Origin: an uncultured Alphaproteobacteria bacterium
GTDB taxonomy: Bacteria; Pseudomonadota; Alphaproteobacteria; HIMB59; GCA-002718135
Direction of reading: 5' to 3'
Assembly: GCA_902628835.1 (NCBI GenBank)
Contig: CACOPD010000003.1
Coordinates: 22,053-86,052, forward strand
Length of the DNA stretch: 64,000 bases
Shown: piece after piece, positions 8,915 through 18,493 of the stretch
How the letters are laid out: the number at the start of each line of letters is the position of its first letter
Position numbering within the stretch: the stretch's first letter is position 1
Program-made: the position numbers and the translations under genes
Notes under the pieces: model-generated
Told to the model about the DNA's origin: nothing
The model's database searches: none
Seen by the model: only the letters and a program-made list of their open reading frames with translations

Positions 8915-11563
8915 GTGATGATAAATTTTAGGACTCTTAAGGTCAAAGGCTTTAAGTCTTTTGTGGAGCCAACGGAAATTTTGATTGAAAATGGCTTAAC
9001 AGGGATTGTTGGACCAAATGGATGTGGCAAATCCAATCTTGTAGAAGCTTTTAGATTCGTAATGGGAGAACTTTCTCCAAAACAGATGAGAGGAAGTGAA
9101 TTAGATGATGTTATATTTAATGGAACAGATGATAGGCCAGCATGGGATATTGCTGAAGTTACGATAGATTTAGATAATAAAGCAAGGAAAGCGCCTAGTA
9201 TTTTTAATGAAAGTGATACTATTGAGGTAACAAGAAGAATTTGGCGGGGTGAAGGCTCCGAATATAGAGTAAATGGTAAAGAGGTGCGATTAAAGGATGT
9301 CCAATTATTATTTGCAGATGCTGCAACTGGTGCCAGGTCTACCTCAATGGTCAGTCAAGGCAGAGTTGGTGCTATTATTGCAGCCAAGCCTGAACAAAGA
9401 AGAACATTGCTCGAAGAAGCAGCAGGAATTACGGGTCTACATTCTAGGCGACATGAAGCTGAATTACGATTAAATGCCACTGAAAATAATTTAGAGCGAG
9501 TAAAGGATGTATTAAAAGCACAAGATGAACAACTTACAATTCTTAAAAAGCAATCAAAACAAGCTGAAAGATATAAATACATTCAAAAAGATATTACTAA
9601 AGCAAGAGCAAGGTTATTTTATAAAAAATGGATAGATGAAAAAGATAAGTTAAAAAATGCAAATGAAAAAATTCAATCTGAGACTAATGTTGTAAATAAT
9701 CAAACACAAGTTGTAGCTCAATTAAATGTGGAATATGAAAAAGTCCAAGAAAGTCTTCCAAATCTTCGCACAGAAGAAGGAAGAGTAGCAGCTGAACTTC
9801 AAAAATATTCAATAAGTTTAGAAAATCAAGAAAAAGAAATTGAGAGAGCAAATATTGCACTTGACGAAACAAAAGTAAGAATAGAGCAAATTAAGAATGA
9901 TATTAAAAGAGAAAAGTTTTTGTTTGAAGATGCAAAACAAAATTTAGAAAGAGTTAGAGAAGAAAAATCAATACTTTTAAAACAACAAGGTGATTTATTT
10001 ATTCAAGCAGATGATCAAACAAATGATGATGTTGCGCAAAACAAAAAAAATAATAATCCAATAATTGATTATATAGATTTTGAAGATGGTCTTGAGCAAG
10101 CAATAGCTGCAGTGTTTTCTGATGAATTAATTGCGTCTATTGATGACGAACAAAGCAGTTTCTGGAGAAAGTTAGATCCTGTAGATTCGAATTTTAGTTC
10201 AGAAATTACAAAATTTTCTTCTTTGATAAAAGCACCAGATAATTTGCAAAAAAAACTAGGATTTGTTGGATTGATTGAAAACAAAGAAAACATTTCAGAA
10301 ATTCAAAAAAATTTAAAACCAGGACAAATTATTGTAAGCAAAATGGGAGAAATTTGGCGATGGGACGGATATGTTTCTAAAGGTAAACAAAATAACTCAA
10401 CAAGGGCCATATTAGACCAATTAAAAAATAGAAGAATTAAACAACTAAGCGCAGAAGAAAAACAGTGGAATGATATTTCAATAAAAGCAAAACAAAGAAT
10501 AGATGAACTTAATTCTAGAGAAGGTTCACTTGCAAATGAATTATCAAACTTACAATCAGTTCCTCAAGATGTATCAAGTGAAAAAATAAAAATTCAAAAA
10601 TTAATAGATGAAAATAAAAACTCTTATGAAAAAATAGCTGATCAACTTCGTCAAACTGAACAAACTGCTAACGAGATAAACAAGAAATTAAAACTAGAAG
10701 AAATTAAATTAAATGAGTTAAGAGAAGAAAGAATTAGAACTGAAGGTCACATTAATACAATTAATGAAGCAATTAAATTACTATCTACTCAAGTAAAAGA
10801 AAGATTAAGTATAGAGCTTGAAGAACTTTATAATATTGGAGAAATAGACCCAAATAAAGTTTTGGGTGAGATAGATAATTTAGAAAAAAAATTAGAAAGA
10901 CTAATTTCTGAGCAAGAACGCTTAGGTGGGGTTAATCTTCTAGCAGAACAAGAGGCGAAAGATTTAGAGGAAAAAGTAAATACAATAAAAAAAGATCAAA
11001 GCGACCTTTTGAGTGCTATTACAAAACTAAGAGAAGCGATTGACTCACTCAATACAGAAGGAAGACAACGCCTACTTGCAGCTTATGGTATCGTTAATGA
11101 AAATTTTCAAAAATTATTTACAAGATTATTTGGTGGTGGGAAAGCTTATCTAAAGTTTACTGATGAATCAGATCCGCTTCAAGCTGGATTAGAAATATTT
11201 GCAAGTCCACCAGGTAAGAAATTGCAAAATCTCAATTTGCTATCTGGTGGCGAGCAAGCTCTTACAGCGTTATCATTGTTATTTGCTGTATTTTTATCTA
11301 ACCCAGCACCAATTTGTGTTCTTGATGAAGTTGATGCCCCGTTAGATGACACTAATGTTGATAGGTTTTGTTCATTAGTTGAGGAAATAGCAAAAAGTTC
11401 TTCAACAAAATTTTTAGTAATAACTCACCATAGAATGACAATGGCTAGAGTAAATAGATTATTTGGTGTTACTATGCCTGAGAAAGGTGTATCACAATTA
11501 GTCTCTGTTGATCTTGAAAAAGCAATCGAGATAAAAGAGCAGGATGCAACAAATGAATTATAA
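8915..11563 (+). CDS. smc: SMC chromosome condensation/segregation ATPase, unusually short form.
   Basis: The N-terminus has FKSF…GIVGPNGCGKSN (Walker A). Long E/K/Q-rich coiled-coil stretches follow. The C-terminus has LSGGEQALTALSLLFAV (signature motif), VLDEVDAPLD (Walker B) and ITHH. The start is GTG 8915 or ATG 8918, directly after the dsbA stop. Confidence 0.85.
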   Translation: MMINFRTLKVKGFKSFVEPTEILIENGLTGIVGPNGCGKSNLVEAFRFVMGELSPKQMRGSELDDVIFNGTDDRPAWDIAEVTIDLDNKARKAPSIFNESDTIEVTRRIWRGEGSEYRVNGKEVRLKDVQLLFADAATGARSTSMVSQGRVGAIIAAKPEQRRTLLEEAAGITGLHSRRHEAELRLNATENNLERVKDVLKAQDEQLTILKKQSKQAERYKYIQKDITKARARLFYKKWIDEKDKLKNANEKIQSETNVVNNQTQVVAQLNVEYEKVQESLPNLRTEEGRVAAELQKYSISLENQEKEIERANIALDETKVRIEQIKNDIKREKFLFEDAKQNLERVREEKSILLKQQGDLFIQADDQTNDDVAQNKKNNNPIIDYIDFEDGLEQAIAAVFSDELIASIDDEQSSFWRKLDPVDSNFSSEITKFSSLIKAPDNLQKKLGFVGLIENKENISEIQKNLKPGQIIVSKMGEIWRWDGYVSKGKQNNSTRAILDQLKNRRIKQLSAEEKQWNDISIKAKQRIDELNSREGSLANELSNLQSVPQDVSSEKIKIQKLIDENKNSYEKIADQLRQTEQTANEINKKLKLEEIKLNELREERIRTEGHINTINEAIKLLSTQVKERLSIELEELYNIGEIDPNKVLGEIDNLEKKLERLISEQERLGGVNLLAEQEAKDLEEKVNTIKKDQSDLLSAITKLREAIDSLNTEGRQRLLAAYGIVNENFQKLFTRLFGGGKAYLKFTDESDPLQAGLEIFASPPGKKLQNLNLLSGGEQALTALSLLFAVFLSNPAPICVLDEVDAPLDDTNVDRFCSLVEEIAKSSSTKFLVITHHRMTMARVNRLFGVTMPEKGVSQLVSVDLEKAIEIKEQDATNEL

Positions 11564-11840
11564 AAATAAGAATTTAGAAGAATTAGGAAAAAAAATTGAT
11601 AATCTAGATAATCAAAATAAAGAACCAAATATAAAAAAAAAAGAGAGTGGTGCTGGATTTGGTTTTAAAATTAGTACTGAGATAATCGCTGCATTAGTTG
11701 TTGGAGTGGGAATTGGGCTTATTGTGGATAATTATTTTAATACTAAACCAATAGGATTAATTATTTTCTTCATATTTGGGGCATTAGCTGGATTTTTGAA
11801 CGTTTATCGTGTAATGCGTCGCATTGAAAAACAAAAGTAA
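11544..11840 (+). CDS. atpI: ATP synthase protein I (AtpI-like small membrane protein).
   Basis: Two hydrophobic helices (TEIIAALVVGVGIGLIVD and IGLIIFFIFGALAGFLNVY), positioned immediately upstream of atpB. Confidence 0.65.
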   Translation: MQQMNYKNKNLEELGKKIDNLDNQNKEPNIKKKESGAGFGFKISTEIIAALVVGVGIGLIVDNYFNTKPIGLIIFFIFGALAGFLNVYRVMRRIEKQK

Positions 11841-11861
11841 TTTTATTAATCGATAAATATT

Positions 11862-12596
11862 ATGGCCGCAAAAGATAGTCCACTTAAACAATTTGAAATA
11901 GATCCAATATCTAACATAGAACTTGGTGGATATAATATTTCATTTACAAATTCATCATTTGCAATGCTGATTACCGTTTTAGTGATTACTATATTTTTAA
12001 CTGTAACTGTAAATACAAGATCAATTATACCTTCAAGAATGCAACTTATTTCAGAATTGATGTATAATTTTATTGCCCAACTACTCTCAGATACAGTTGG
12101 AGATAACGGAAAAAGATATTTTCCATTCGTCTTCTCTCTATTTATGTTTGTTTTAATTGGCAATATGGTTGGTATGATACCATACCAATTTACTTTTACG
12201 AGTCACATTATAGTTACATTTGCTCTAGCAGCAGTTGTATTCATAGGTGTAACTATTCTTGGATTTATTAATCATGGTATTAAATTTTTTACTTTCTTCT
12301 ATATACCAGGTGTGCCATTTTACATGCATCCACTTCTAATTCCAATTGAAGTAATTTCTTATTTATCAAGACCTATCAGTTTATCAGTAAGACTATTTGC
12401 AAACATGCTGGCGGGACACACACTACTAAAAGTATTTGCGGGGTTTGTTGTTTCAATGCCATTTTTTACGGGAGTTTTTCCTTTAGCTTTCATTGTAGCT
12501 TTAACAGGATTAGAAATTTTAATTGCTTTTTTGCAAGCATATGTGTTTGCAATACTGACGTGTTTATATATTAACGATGCTTATCATTTACATTAA
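11862..12596 (+). CDS. atpB: F0F1 ATP synthase subunit a.
   Basis: Contains SLSVRLFANMLAGH with the essential Arg, is multi-pass hydrophobic, and sits in operon context. Confidence 0.95.
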   Translation: MAAKDSPLKQFEIDPISNIELGGYNISFTNSSFAMLITVLVITIFLTVTVNTRSIIPSRMQLISELMYNFIAQLLSDTVGDNGKRYFPFVFSLFMFVLIGNMVGMIPYQFTFTSHIIVTFALAAVVFIGVTILGFINHGIKFFTFFYIPGVPFYMHPLLIPIEVISYLSRPISLSVRLFANMLAGHTLLKVFAGFVVSMPFFTGVFPLAFIVALTGLEILIAFLQAYVFAILTCLYINDAYHLH

Positions 12597-12614
12597 TTTA
12601 AAATAGGAGGACTT

Positions 12615-12839
12615 ATGGAAATTGAAGCAGCAAAAGTAATCGGAGCGGGTTTAGCCGTGATCGGTGTTATTGGATCAGGTATTGGAATTGGGAATATTTT
12701 CTCTTCTTTTATTCAAGCAGTTGGAAGAAATCCAGCGGCAAGAGGTGAAGTTTTCACAATGACAATGTTAGGTTTCGCATTAGTTGAAGCGATTGCGCTA
12801 TTCGCACTAGTTATTGCGTTGGTTATTTTGTTTGGATAG
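12615..12839 (+). CDS. atpE: F0F1 ATP synthase subunit c.
   Basis: 74-aa hairpin proteolipid with GRNPAA in the loop and LVEAIALF carrying the carboxylate Glu. AGGAGG lies upstream. Confidence 0.95.
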   Translation: MEIEAAKVIGAGLAVIGVIGSGIGIGNIFSSFIQAVGRNPAARGEVFTMTMLGFALVEAIALFALVIALVILFG

Positions 12840-12856
12840 AACTTAATTATTATTTA

Positions 12857-13348
12857 ATGCCTCAATTAAATCCTGAGTTTTTTGTTTCGCAGCTCTTTTG
12901 GTTAGCTGTATTCTTTACTTTTTTATTTGTATTTTTATGGAGAGTATCTCTTCCAAGAATAACTACAGTTTTAGAGAAAAGACAAAATAAGATAGATGAA
13001 AACTTATCTTCAGCAAAAGAGCTTCAAGAACAAGCAATGGAAATTGAAAAAAAAATAAATGATCAAATCAATAAGGCTAAACTAGAAACAGATGGTAAAA
13101 TAAAAGATACTATCAATGCTTTACAAGAAGGTGTTTCTTCTCAGCTTTCTTCACTTGATAAAGATTTAGAAAAAAAAGTTTCTGATGCAGAAAGAGAAAT
13201 TATAAAAAATAAAAATGATCAAATGAAAAATATTAATAATGAAATAGCTAATATTACAAAACTGACTGTCGGAAAAATTGCTAAAATAGAGTTATCAGAT
13301 AATGAGATCAATAAAGTTATTGAAACTCATAAAGGTAGTTATAACTAA
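12857..13348 (+). CDS. atpF2: F0F1 ATP synthase subunit b'.
   Basis: N-terminal TM helix followed by a long charged helix. It is the first of two b-type genes, as in alphaproteobacteria. Confidence 0.8.
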   Translation: MPQLNPEFFVSQLFWLAVFFTFLFVFLWRVSLPRITTVLEKRQNKIDENLSSAKELQEQAMEIEKKINDQINKAKLETDGKIKDTINALQEGVSSQLSSLDKDLEKKVSDAEREIIKNKNDQMKNINNEIANITKLTVGKIAKIELSDNEINKVIETHKGSYN

Positions 13349-13833
13349 TGTTTTCTGATCCTCAATTTTGGGTAGCAGTATCTTTTATTTTATTTATTGC
13401 TGCTATTTTTAATCCTGTACGGAAAATTCTAACCTCTAGTCTAGACGCTCAAATAAATGATATAAAAAATAAAATAGATGAAGTAGAAAATATAAAAAAT
13501 GAAGCTCAAAAAGCTTTGGATGAACTAAAAGATAGAGAAACTAAAGTAGAAAAAGAAATAGAAAATCTAAAGTTAGAATCTGAAAAAAGAATTTCAGACT
13601 TAAAAGATATCTCTACCTCAAAATTAGCAGACCAAATTGAAAAAAGAAAGGTATTAGCTGAAAATAAGATTGAGCAACTAGTGAGAGATACTAATAACTC
13701 CATAAAAAATTATATATCAAGTGTTGCAATAGAGTCTACGAGAAATATCCTTCTTCAAAATCTAAGTAAAAATAAAAAGTCTGATTTAATTGAAGAATCA
13801 ATTTCTGAATTTAACTCTGTTTTAAAGAATTAG
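13348..13833 (+). CDS. atpF: F0F1 ATP synthase subunit b.
   Basis: N-terminal TM helix plus a charged coiled helix. Its start overlaps the b' stop (TAATG). Confidence 0.8.
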   Translation: MFSDPQFWVAVSFILFIAAIFNPVRKILTSSLDAQINDIKNKIDEVENIKNEAQKALDELKDRETKVEKEIENLKLESEKRISDLKDISTSKLADQIEKRKVLAENKIEQLVRDTNNSIKNYISSVAIESTRNILLQNLSKNKKSDLIEESISEFNSVLKN

Positions 13834-13940
13834 AAGTTGTTCTAGTCATTCCAAATATTTGTCCAAAAATATTAAGAAATTAACATTAAAAGATTTTCAA
13901 AATCTATAGTATTACTAATAAATAAATATTAACAAATTAA

Positions 13941-14882
13941 ATGACAAAAAAACTTAATATCTATCTAGCAGGTCCGAGAGGATTTTGTGCAGGAGTAGAT
14001 AGAGCTATTGAAATGGTTAAGGGAGCTCTTAAAAAATACGGTTCACCTGTATATGTTCGTCATGAAATAGTTCATAATAAATTTGTTGTTGAAAATCTTA
14101 AATCGCAGGGGGCTATTTTTGTAGAAGAGCTAGATGAGATTAAAGATAAAAGTAGACCTGTCATCTTCTCTGCACATGGTGTACCAAAGGCAGTGCCAGA
14201 AGAGGCTTTAAATTTAAATTTGATATATTATGATGCAACTTGTCCTCTTGTTAGCAAAATACATAAAGAGGTTGAGAATTTTGATAAAAAAAATTTTCCA
14301 GTAATTTTAATTGGTCATAGAAATCATCCTGAAGTTATTGGTACTATGGGTCAGACTAATAATGAAGTCCATCTAGTAGAAAACGTTGAAGATGTTAAGA
14401 ATTTACCTTTTGATAAAGATGATAAGATTGCATATGTAACTCAAACAACTCTATCAGTAGATGATACAAAGGATATTATAAACGAAATAAAACAACACTT
14501 TAGTAATATTATAGAGCCAAAAAAAAATGATATTTGTTATGCCACAACAAATAGACAAGAAGCAGTAAAAAAGATAGCTGATCAATGCGATTATTTTTTA
14601 GTAATTGGTGCAAGTAATTCATCAAATTCCTTGAGATTAGTTGAAGTAGCAAAAAATTATGGTTCAAAAAAAGCTATTCTAGTTGAAGATGTTGATTCCT
14701 TAAATTTAAATATATTTCAGGAATCTGAAAATATCGGAATAACAGCTAGCGCATCATCACCGGAGATTCTTGTTAAAAGACTTCTTGATAATTTGAAAAA
14801 GAATTTTGAATTAAAAGTAAATGAGGCTCACTATCAAAAAGAGGATGTATTTTTTAAAGTTCCACAAAAACTAAATGTGTAA
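13941..14882 (+). CDS. ispH: 4-hydroxy-3-methylbut-2-enyl diphosphate reductase.
   Basis: Contains GFCAGVDRAI, HEIVHN, SAHGV, DATCPLV, GHxxHPEV, TQTT and NSSNSxRL, the canonical IspH/LytB motifs. Confidence 0.95.
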   Translation: MTKKLNIYLAGPRGFCAGVDRAIEMVKGALKKYGSPVYVRHEIVHNKFVVENLKSQGAIFVEELDEIKDKSRPVIFSAHGVPKAVPEEALNLNLIYYDATCPLVSKIHKEVENFDKKNFPVILIGHRNHPEVIGTMGQTNNEVHLVENVEDVKNLPFDKDDKIAYVTQTTLSVDDTKDIINEIKQHFSNIIEPKKNDICYATTNRQEAVKKIADQCDYFLVIGASNSSNSLRLVEVAKNYGSKKAILVEDVDSLNLNIFQESENIGITASASSPEILVKRLLDNLKKNFELKVNEAHYQKEDVFFKVPQKLNV

Positions 14883-14884
14883 AA

Positions 14885-15835
14885 ATGGCTGTTTTTACTA
14901 AATTACTAAAAGAAGATATTGAAAAATTTATTTCTGATTACTCAATAGGTGATTTGGATAATTTTGAAGAAATTGTTGATGGGATAGAAAATTCTAATTT
15001 CAAAATAATTTGCAATAATCAAACATATATTTTAACAATTTTTGAAAAAAGAGTTACTGAAGAAGAATTACCTTTTTTTATAAATTTAAAAAATTTTTTA
15101 AATAAAAATGATTTTAATTGTCCAAAAGCGATCTCAGATAAAAATGGAAAAATATTAAAAAAAATAAAAAATAAAACAGCTGTTATTATATCCTTTCTAG
15201 AAGGTAAAAGTGTTGAAAAACCAAATGTTAAAATGTGTGGAGAAGTTGGGAAAATGATTGCTAATTTACACAATCTAACGTCTAAATTTGAGGAGAAAAG
15301 ACCTAACAGTTTAGATTTAAAGCATTGGAAAGAAATTTACAAAAAATGCCTTAATAATGAGTCTGAAACATTTAACGAGACGATGCATTTGTTAAAAAAT
15401 GAAATAGATTATTTAGAAAATAATTGGCCAAATAATATTCCTCGTGGTGTAATACATGCTGATCTGTTTAGAGATAATATTTTTTTTAAAAATGAAAAAA
15501 TTTCTGGAGTAATAGATTTTTATTTTTCATGTTATTATTTTTATGTTTACGACATTGCTATTGTAATTAATGATTGGTGCTTTAGTGAAAATGGTGAAAT
15601 TTTTCACAAAAAAAACTTCTTAATAATTCTTGAGGAATATCAAAAACTAAGAAAATTAAGTGTTGTAGAAAAGAAATCTTTTAATATTTTACTAAGAGCT
15701 GCAGCAGTTAGAATACTATCTACAAGAGTACACGATTATATTTTTCATCCACCAAATGCAATGGTTGTAAAAAAAGATCCGTTTGAATATTTGAATATTT
15801 TAAAATGGCATCAACAAAATGAAATTTTTGAATAA
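14885..15835 (+). CDS. thrB: Homoserine kinase, type II (aminoglycoside-phosphotransferase fold).
   Basis: The MAVFT…E…L..Y.IG N-terminus, GIENSNF, the catalytic VIHADLFRDNIFF motif and GVIDFYF are typical of alphaproteobacterial ThrB. Confidence 0.8.
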   Translation: MAVFTKLLKEDIEKFISDYSIGDLDNFEEIVDGIENSNFKIICNNQTYILTIFEKRVTEEELPFFINLKNFLNKNDFNCPKAISDKNGKILKKIKNKTAVIISFLEGKSVEKPNVKMCGEVGKMIANLHNLTSKFEEKRPNSLDLKHWKEIYKKCLNNESETFNETMHLLKNEIDYLENNWPNNIPRGVIHADLFRDNIFFKNEKISGVIDFYFSCYYFYVYDIAIVINDWCFSENGEIFHKKNFLIILEEYQKLRKLSVVEKKSFNILLRAAAVRILSTRVHDYIFHPPNAMVVKKDPFEYLNILKWHQQNEIFE

Positions 15836-16260
15836 TGATTAATATTTATACTGATGGTGCATGTTCTGGAAACCCAGGTATTGGTGGATGGGGTGTGGTA
15901 ATATTAGATAATGGTGAAGAAATTCAGTTAAACGGAGGCAATCATAATACGACAAATAACAAAATGGAGCTTACTGCAGCTATTAAAGCTTTAGAGTATT
16001 TTGAACAAAAAAAGGATTTAATTATCTATACGGATAGTAAATACGTAAAAGATGGAATTGAGTCATGGATAATAAATTGGAAACAAAATGGATGGAAAAC
16101 TTCAACAAAAAAACCTGTAAAAAATAAAGAAATGTGGATAGCACTAGATGATTTAATAAGAAAACATAATATAAACTGGAAATGGGTAAAGGGTCATGCT
16201 GGGCATAAATATAATGAAAAAGCTGATTATTTGGCAAGGCGCTTTATTGAAGAAAATTAA
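15835..16260 (+). CDS. rnhA: Ribonuclease HI.
   Basis: Contains IYTDGACSGNPGIGGWG, TNNKMELTAAI, IYTDSKY and WKWVKGHAGHxxNExAD. Confidence 0.95.
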   Translation: MINIYTDGACSGNPGIGGWGVVILDNGEEIQLNGGNHNTTNNKMELTAAIKALEYFEQKKDLIIYTDSKYVKDGIESWIINWKQNGWKTSTKKPVKNKEMWIALDDLIRKHNINWKWVKGHAGHKYNEKADYLARRFIEEN

Positions 16261-16816
16261 ATTATTTTTTATAATTACAAGTTTATTAATTTTTTCAAAT
16301 ATTTCTTTAGCTTCAGAAAAATGGATTTTAGATAGATCTATTTCATCAATTGAATTTGAATTACCTGTTCTTTTTGCAAAAAATGTTAAAGGTAAATTTA
16401 ATACAATAGAAGGATTTGTTGAAATTGATTTAGATAAGAAAGAAAATAATAAAGCAATATTTTCAGTTGCAATAGCTGATATTGAAATAAATTATAAAAA
16501 ATATAAAAATTTACTATTAGGTGAAATTTTTTTTGATGAAAAAAAATTTCCAATAGCTTTAGTTGATACAAGAAAATTTTCATACTCTGATGAAAAAGAA
16601 ATTGTAATTGATGTTGAATTCACAATAAAAGGAAAAAGTCAAATTATTCCACTAACAATTAAAATTACTCAATTAGCAGAAGAAGTAGTACAAATACAAA
16701 GTGATTTACAATTTTCAAGAACTGACTTCAAAATTGGAATAGGTAATTGGAAAAATACATCAATTTTAAAAGATAAAGTTAAAATTAAAACTAATTTATT
16801 TTTATTTAAAGAATAA
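16214..16816 (+). CDS. YceI-like periplasmic protein.
   Basis: A signal peptide (…KIKLFFIITSLLIFSNISLA/SEKW) followed by W.LD…S.I.F…GkF…G.v… typical of the YceI family. The start is ambiguous. Candidates are ATG 16214 or TTG 16247, which gives MKKIKLFF…; the track uses 16196. All candidates overlap the rnhA 3' end. Confidence 0.7.
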   Translation: MKKLIIWQGALLKKIKLFFIITSLLIFSNISLASEKWILDRSISSIEFELPVLFAKNVKGKFNTIEGFVEIDLDKKENNKAIFSVAIADIEINYKKYKNLLLGEIFFDEKKFPIALVDTRKFSYSDEKEIVIDVEFTIKGKSQIIPLTIKITQLAEEVVQIQSDLQFSRTDFKIGIGNWKNTSILKDKVKIKTNLFLFKE

Positions 16817-16818
16817 AA

Positions 16819-18108
16819 TTAAACGATGCCAGAAGAACTTCCTTTTGAAGATTTTCTGACTTTAGATTTATTTTGTTTATAGTTTAACGAACGATAGATA
16901 GAAATTGGATCTATAGCATTTGAGTTTTCATACCTAGCCATTGACACAATTGGGTTTACGTCAGTATTAAAAGCTGTTTTTAGTAATTGCATTGCTCCAG
17001 TTGTGTCATTTGCATCCTGTAATTCATTTAAATGGTCGTAGTCAACTAACAATGATTTTGTAAAGCATAATGCAATCTCATTAGAACTTAGAATTAAACT
17101 TTCTATCGGATCTGTAACGTTATGAGATTGATCAATCATATAAGATATCTCTTTCAATTTACCATTCTTATTAGCCAATGTTAATTCATTAAAAATTAAA
17201 AACAATTCAAATGGGTTTATTGATCCAGCATCAAGATCATCATCTCCAAATTTACTATCATTAAAATGAAAGCCGCCAAGTTTATTTAAATCAATTAATC
17301 TAGAAACAATCATCTCAATATTCGTATTTGGTAAATGATGACCTAAATCAACTAAACACATTGCTTTTTCTCCAAGTTCTTTTGCACAAATATAGCTTGT
17401 CCCCCAATCACTAATAACAGTTGAATAAAACGCTGGTTCATAAGGTTTGTGCTCAAGATATACTTTCCAATCTTCAGGTAAATTACTGTAAATTTTCTTC
17501 ATTGATTCAATATATCTCTCTAAAGATTTTGAAAAACTAATTTGTCCTGGAAAATTTCCTCCATCTCCAACCCATACCGTTAAACCTTTGGATCCAAGAG
17601 TCATGCCTGCTTCTATAGCTTCTTTATTTACTTGAATTGCTTTTTCTCTAACAGATTGATCAGCATTAGTTAAACTTCCATACTTAAAACTTAAGTTGTC
17701 TTCACCTTGATCTTGGAAAGTATTTGAATTAACGACATCATAACCTATTCCAAAACTATCTGAAAATTCTTTGAGTTCTTTAAAATCACTTACATTATCC
17801 CATGGAAAATGCGGGGATACTTTTTGTGTTATTCCCACTAAATCATTTATGACTGCACAATCTTCAATTTTTTCATAGATATTTTGTGGTTCACCAATTC
17901 CTGGAAATCTGGCAAAACGCGTACCTCCTGTACCTACCCCCCATGTGGGAACTGCCACTTGAAAATTTTTAATTTTATTTTTAATATCATTTATATTTAC
18001 TTTGTTTCTTTCTAATTTTTTTCTAAGATGATCAAAATCACTATTAAGATCAGATATTAATTTTAAATTATGATTATTTATTATTTCTTTATCAACAGCT
18101 TTAAACAT
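16819..18108 (-). CDS. rhaI: L-rhamnose isomerase, RhaI type (xylose-isomerase-like TIM barrel, Pseudomonas stutzeri / Rhizobium class).
   Basis: Near-continuous similarity to the P. stutzeri enzyme as I recall it: VAVPTWGVGTGGTRFARFPG.GEP, YGSL, LTVWVGDG.NFPGQ, EHK.YEPAFYSTV..DWGT, CLVDLGHH.PNTNIEMIV.RLI, LGGFHFNDSK.GDDDLDAGSI.P, MIDQSHNVTDPIESL. Confidence 0.9.
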   Translation of the reverse strand: MFKAVDKEIINNHNLKLISDLNSDFDHLRKKLERNKVNINDIKNKIKNFQVAVPTWGVGTGGTRFARFPGIGEPQNIYEKIEDCAVINDLVGITQKVSPHFPWDNVSDFKELKEFSDSFGIGYDVVNSNTFQDQGEDNLSFKYGSLTNADQSVREKAIQVNKEAIEAGMTLGSKGLTVWVGDGGNFPGQISFSKSLERYIESMKKIYSNLPEDWKVYLEHKPYEPAFYSTVISDWGTSYICAKELGEKAMCLVDLGHHLPNTNIEMIVSRLIDLNKLGGFHFNDSKFGDDDLDAGSINPFELFLIFNELTLANKNGKLKEISYMIDQSHNVTDPIESLILSSNEIALCFTKSLLVDYDHLNELQDANDTTGAMQLLKTAFNTDVNPIVSMARYENSNAIDPISIYRSLNYKQNKSKVRKSSKGSSSGIV

Positions 18109-18493
18109 TTATTCCCCATCCTAAAGAAGTCATAAAAGAGTTATACTCAGATGATGTATCAAGTCTAGATAATTGAGCAACAACATTAATATCACTTTTT
18201 AAAACGATCGAATATGGCTTTTCTCTTAATAATTTACTTCCTTGCACTTCAATTTTATCTAAACGAAGATGTAAACTTCTTCTTGCATCAACTTTAGTTT
18301 CATAATTTTCAATTGGTTCATCATTTTCATATAAAAAATCTATTTTAAGATTTGCAATTATTTGTGAGGTATTAACAATACACAAGGATTCATGTCCAAA
18401 TTGATCACCACTTTTAGAGGTTTTATATGGCTTGCCTTTAAGTGGAAGAAATGCGTCAGGAAATATCCATATTTTTTTTCCTAAGTCATTCAT
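18101..18493 (-). CDS. ASRT-family protein (homolog of the Anabaena sensory rhodopsin transducer and Thermotoga TM1070).
   Basis: GHESLCIVNTS, VDARRSLHLRLD and NVVAQLSRLDTS align with the ASRT motifs SHETVCILNAG, VPARRTKHVRFND and IVVQHTRLDSR (recalled from memory). At about 130 aa the length fits. The likely start is ATG 18493 (MNDLGKKIW…), giving an ATGAATGA overlap with the upstream permease stop. The track starts at 18517. Confidence 0.7.
   Translation of the reverse strand: MNDLGKKIWIFPDAFLPLKGKPYKTSKSGDQFGHESLCIVNTSQIIANLKIDFLYENDEPIENYETKVDARRSLHLRLDKIEVQGSKLLREKPYSIVLKSDINVVAQLSRLDTSSEYNSFMTSLGWGINV

Noticed and set aside
9355-9582. Numerous 60-140-aa antisense or overlapping ORFs in the track. 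Examples are 8022..8240, 9355..9582, 9684..9872, 10069..10293, 13506..13703, 15019..15273, 19704..19937, 24506..24814, 27280..27570, 28450..28849, 31693..31968, 35293..35601, 37216..37641, 41412..41699, 44650..44844, 54645..54902, 57643..57939 and 60142..60468.
   Set aside because: Each lies fully inside a longer ORF with clear family signatures on the other strand or in another frame. Their translations are low-complexity mirror products (F/L/I/S-rich). I found no independent evidence for overlapping genes.
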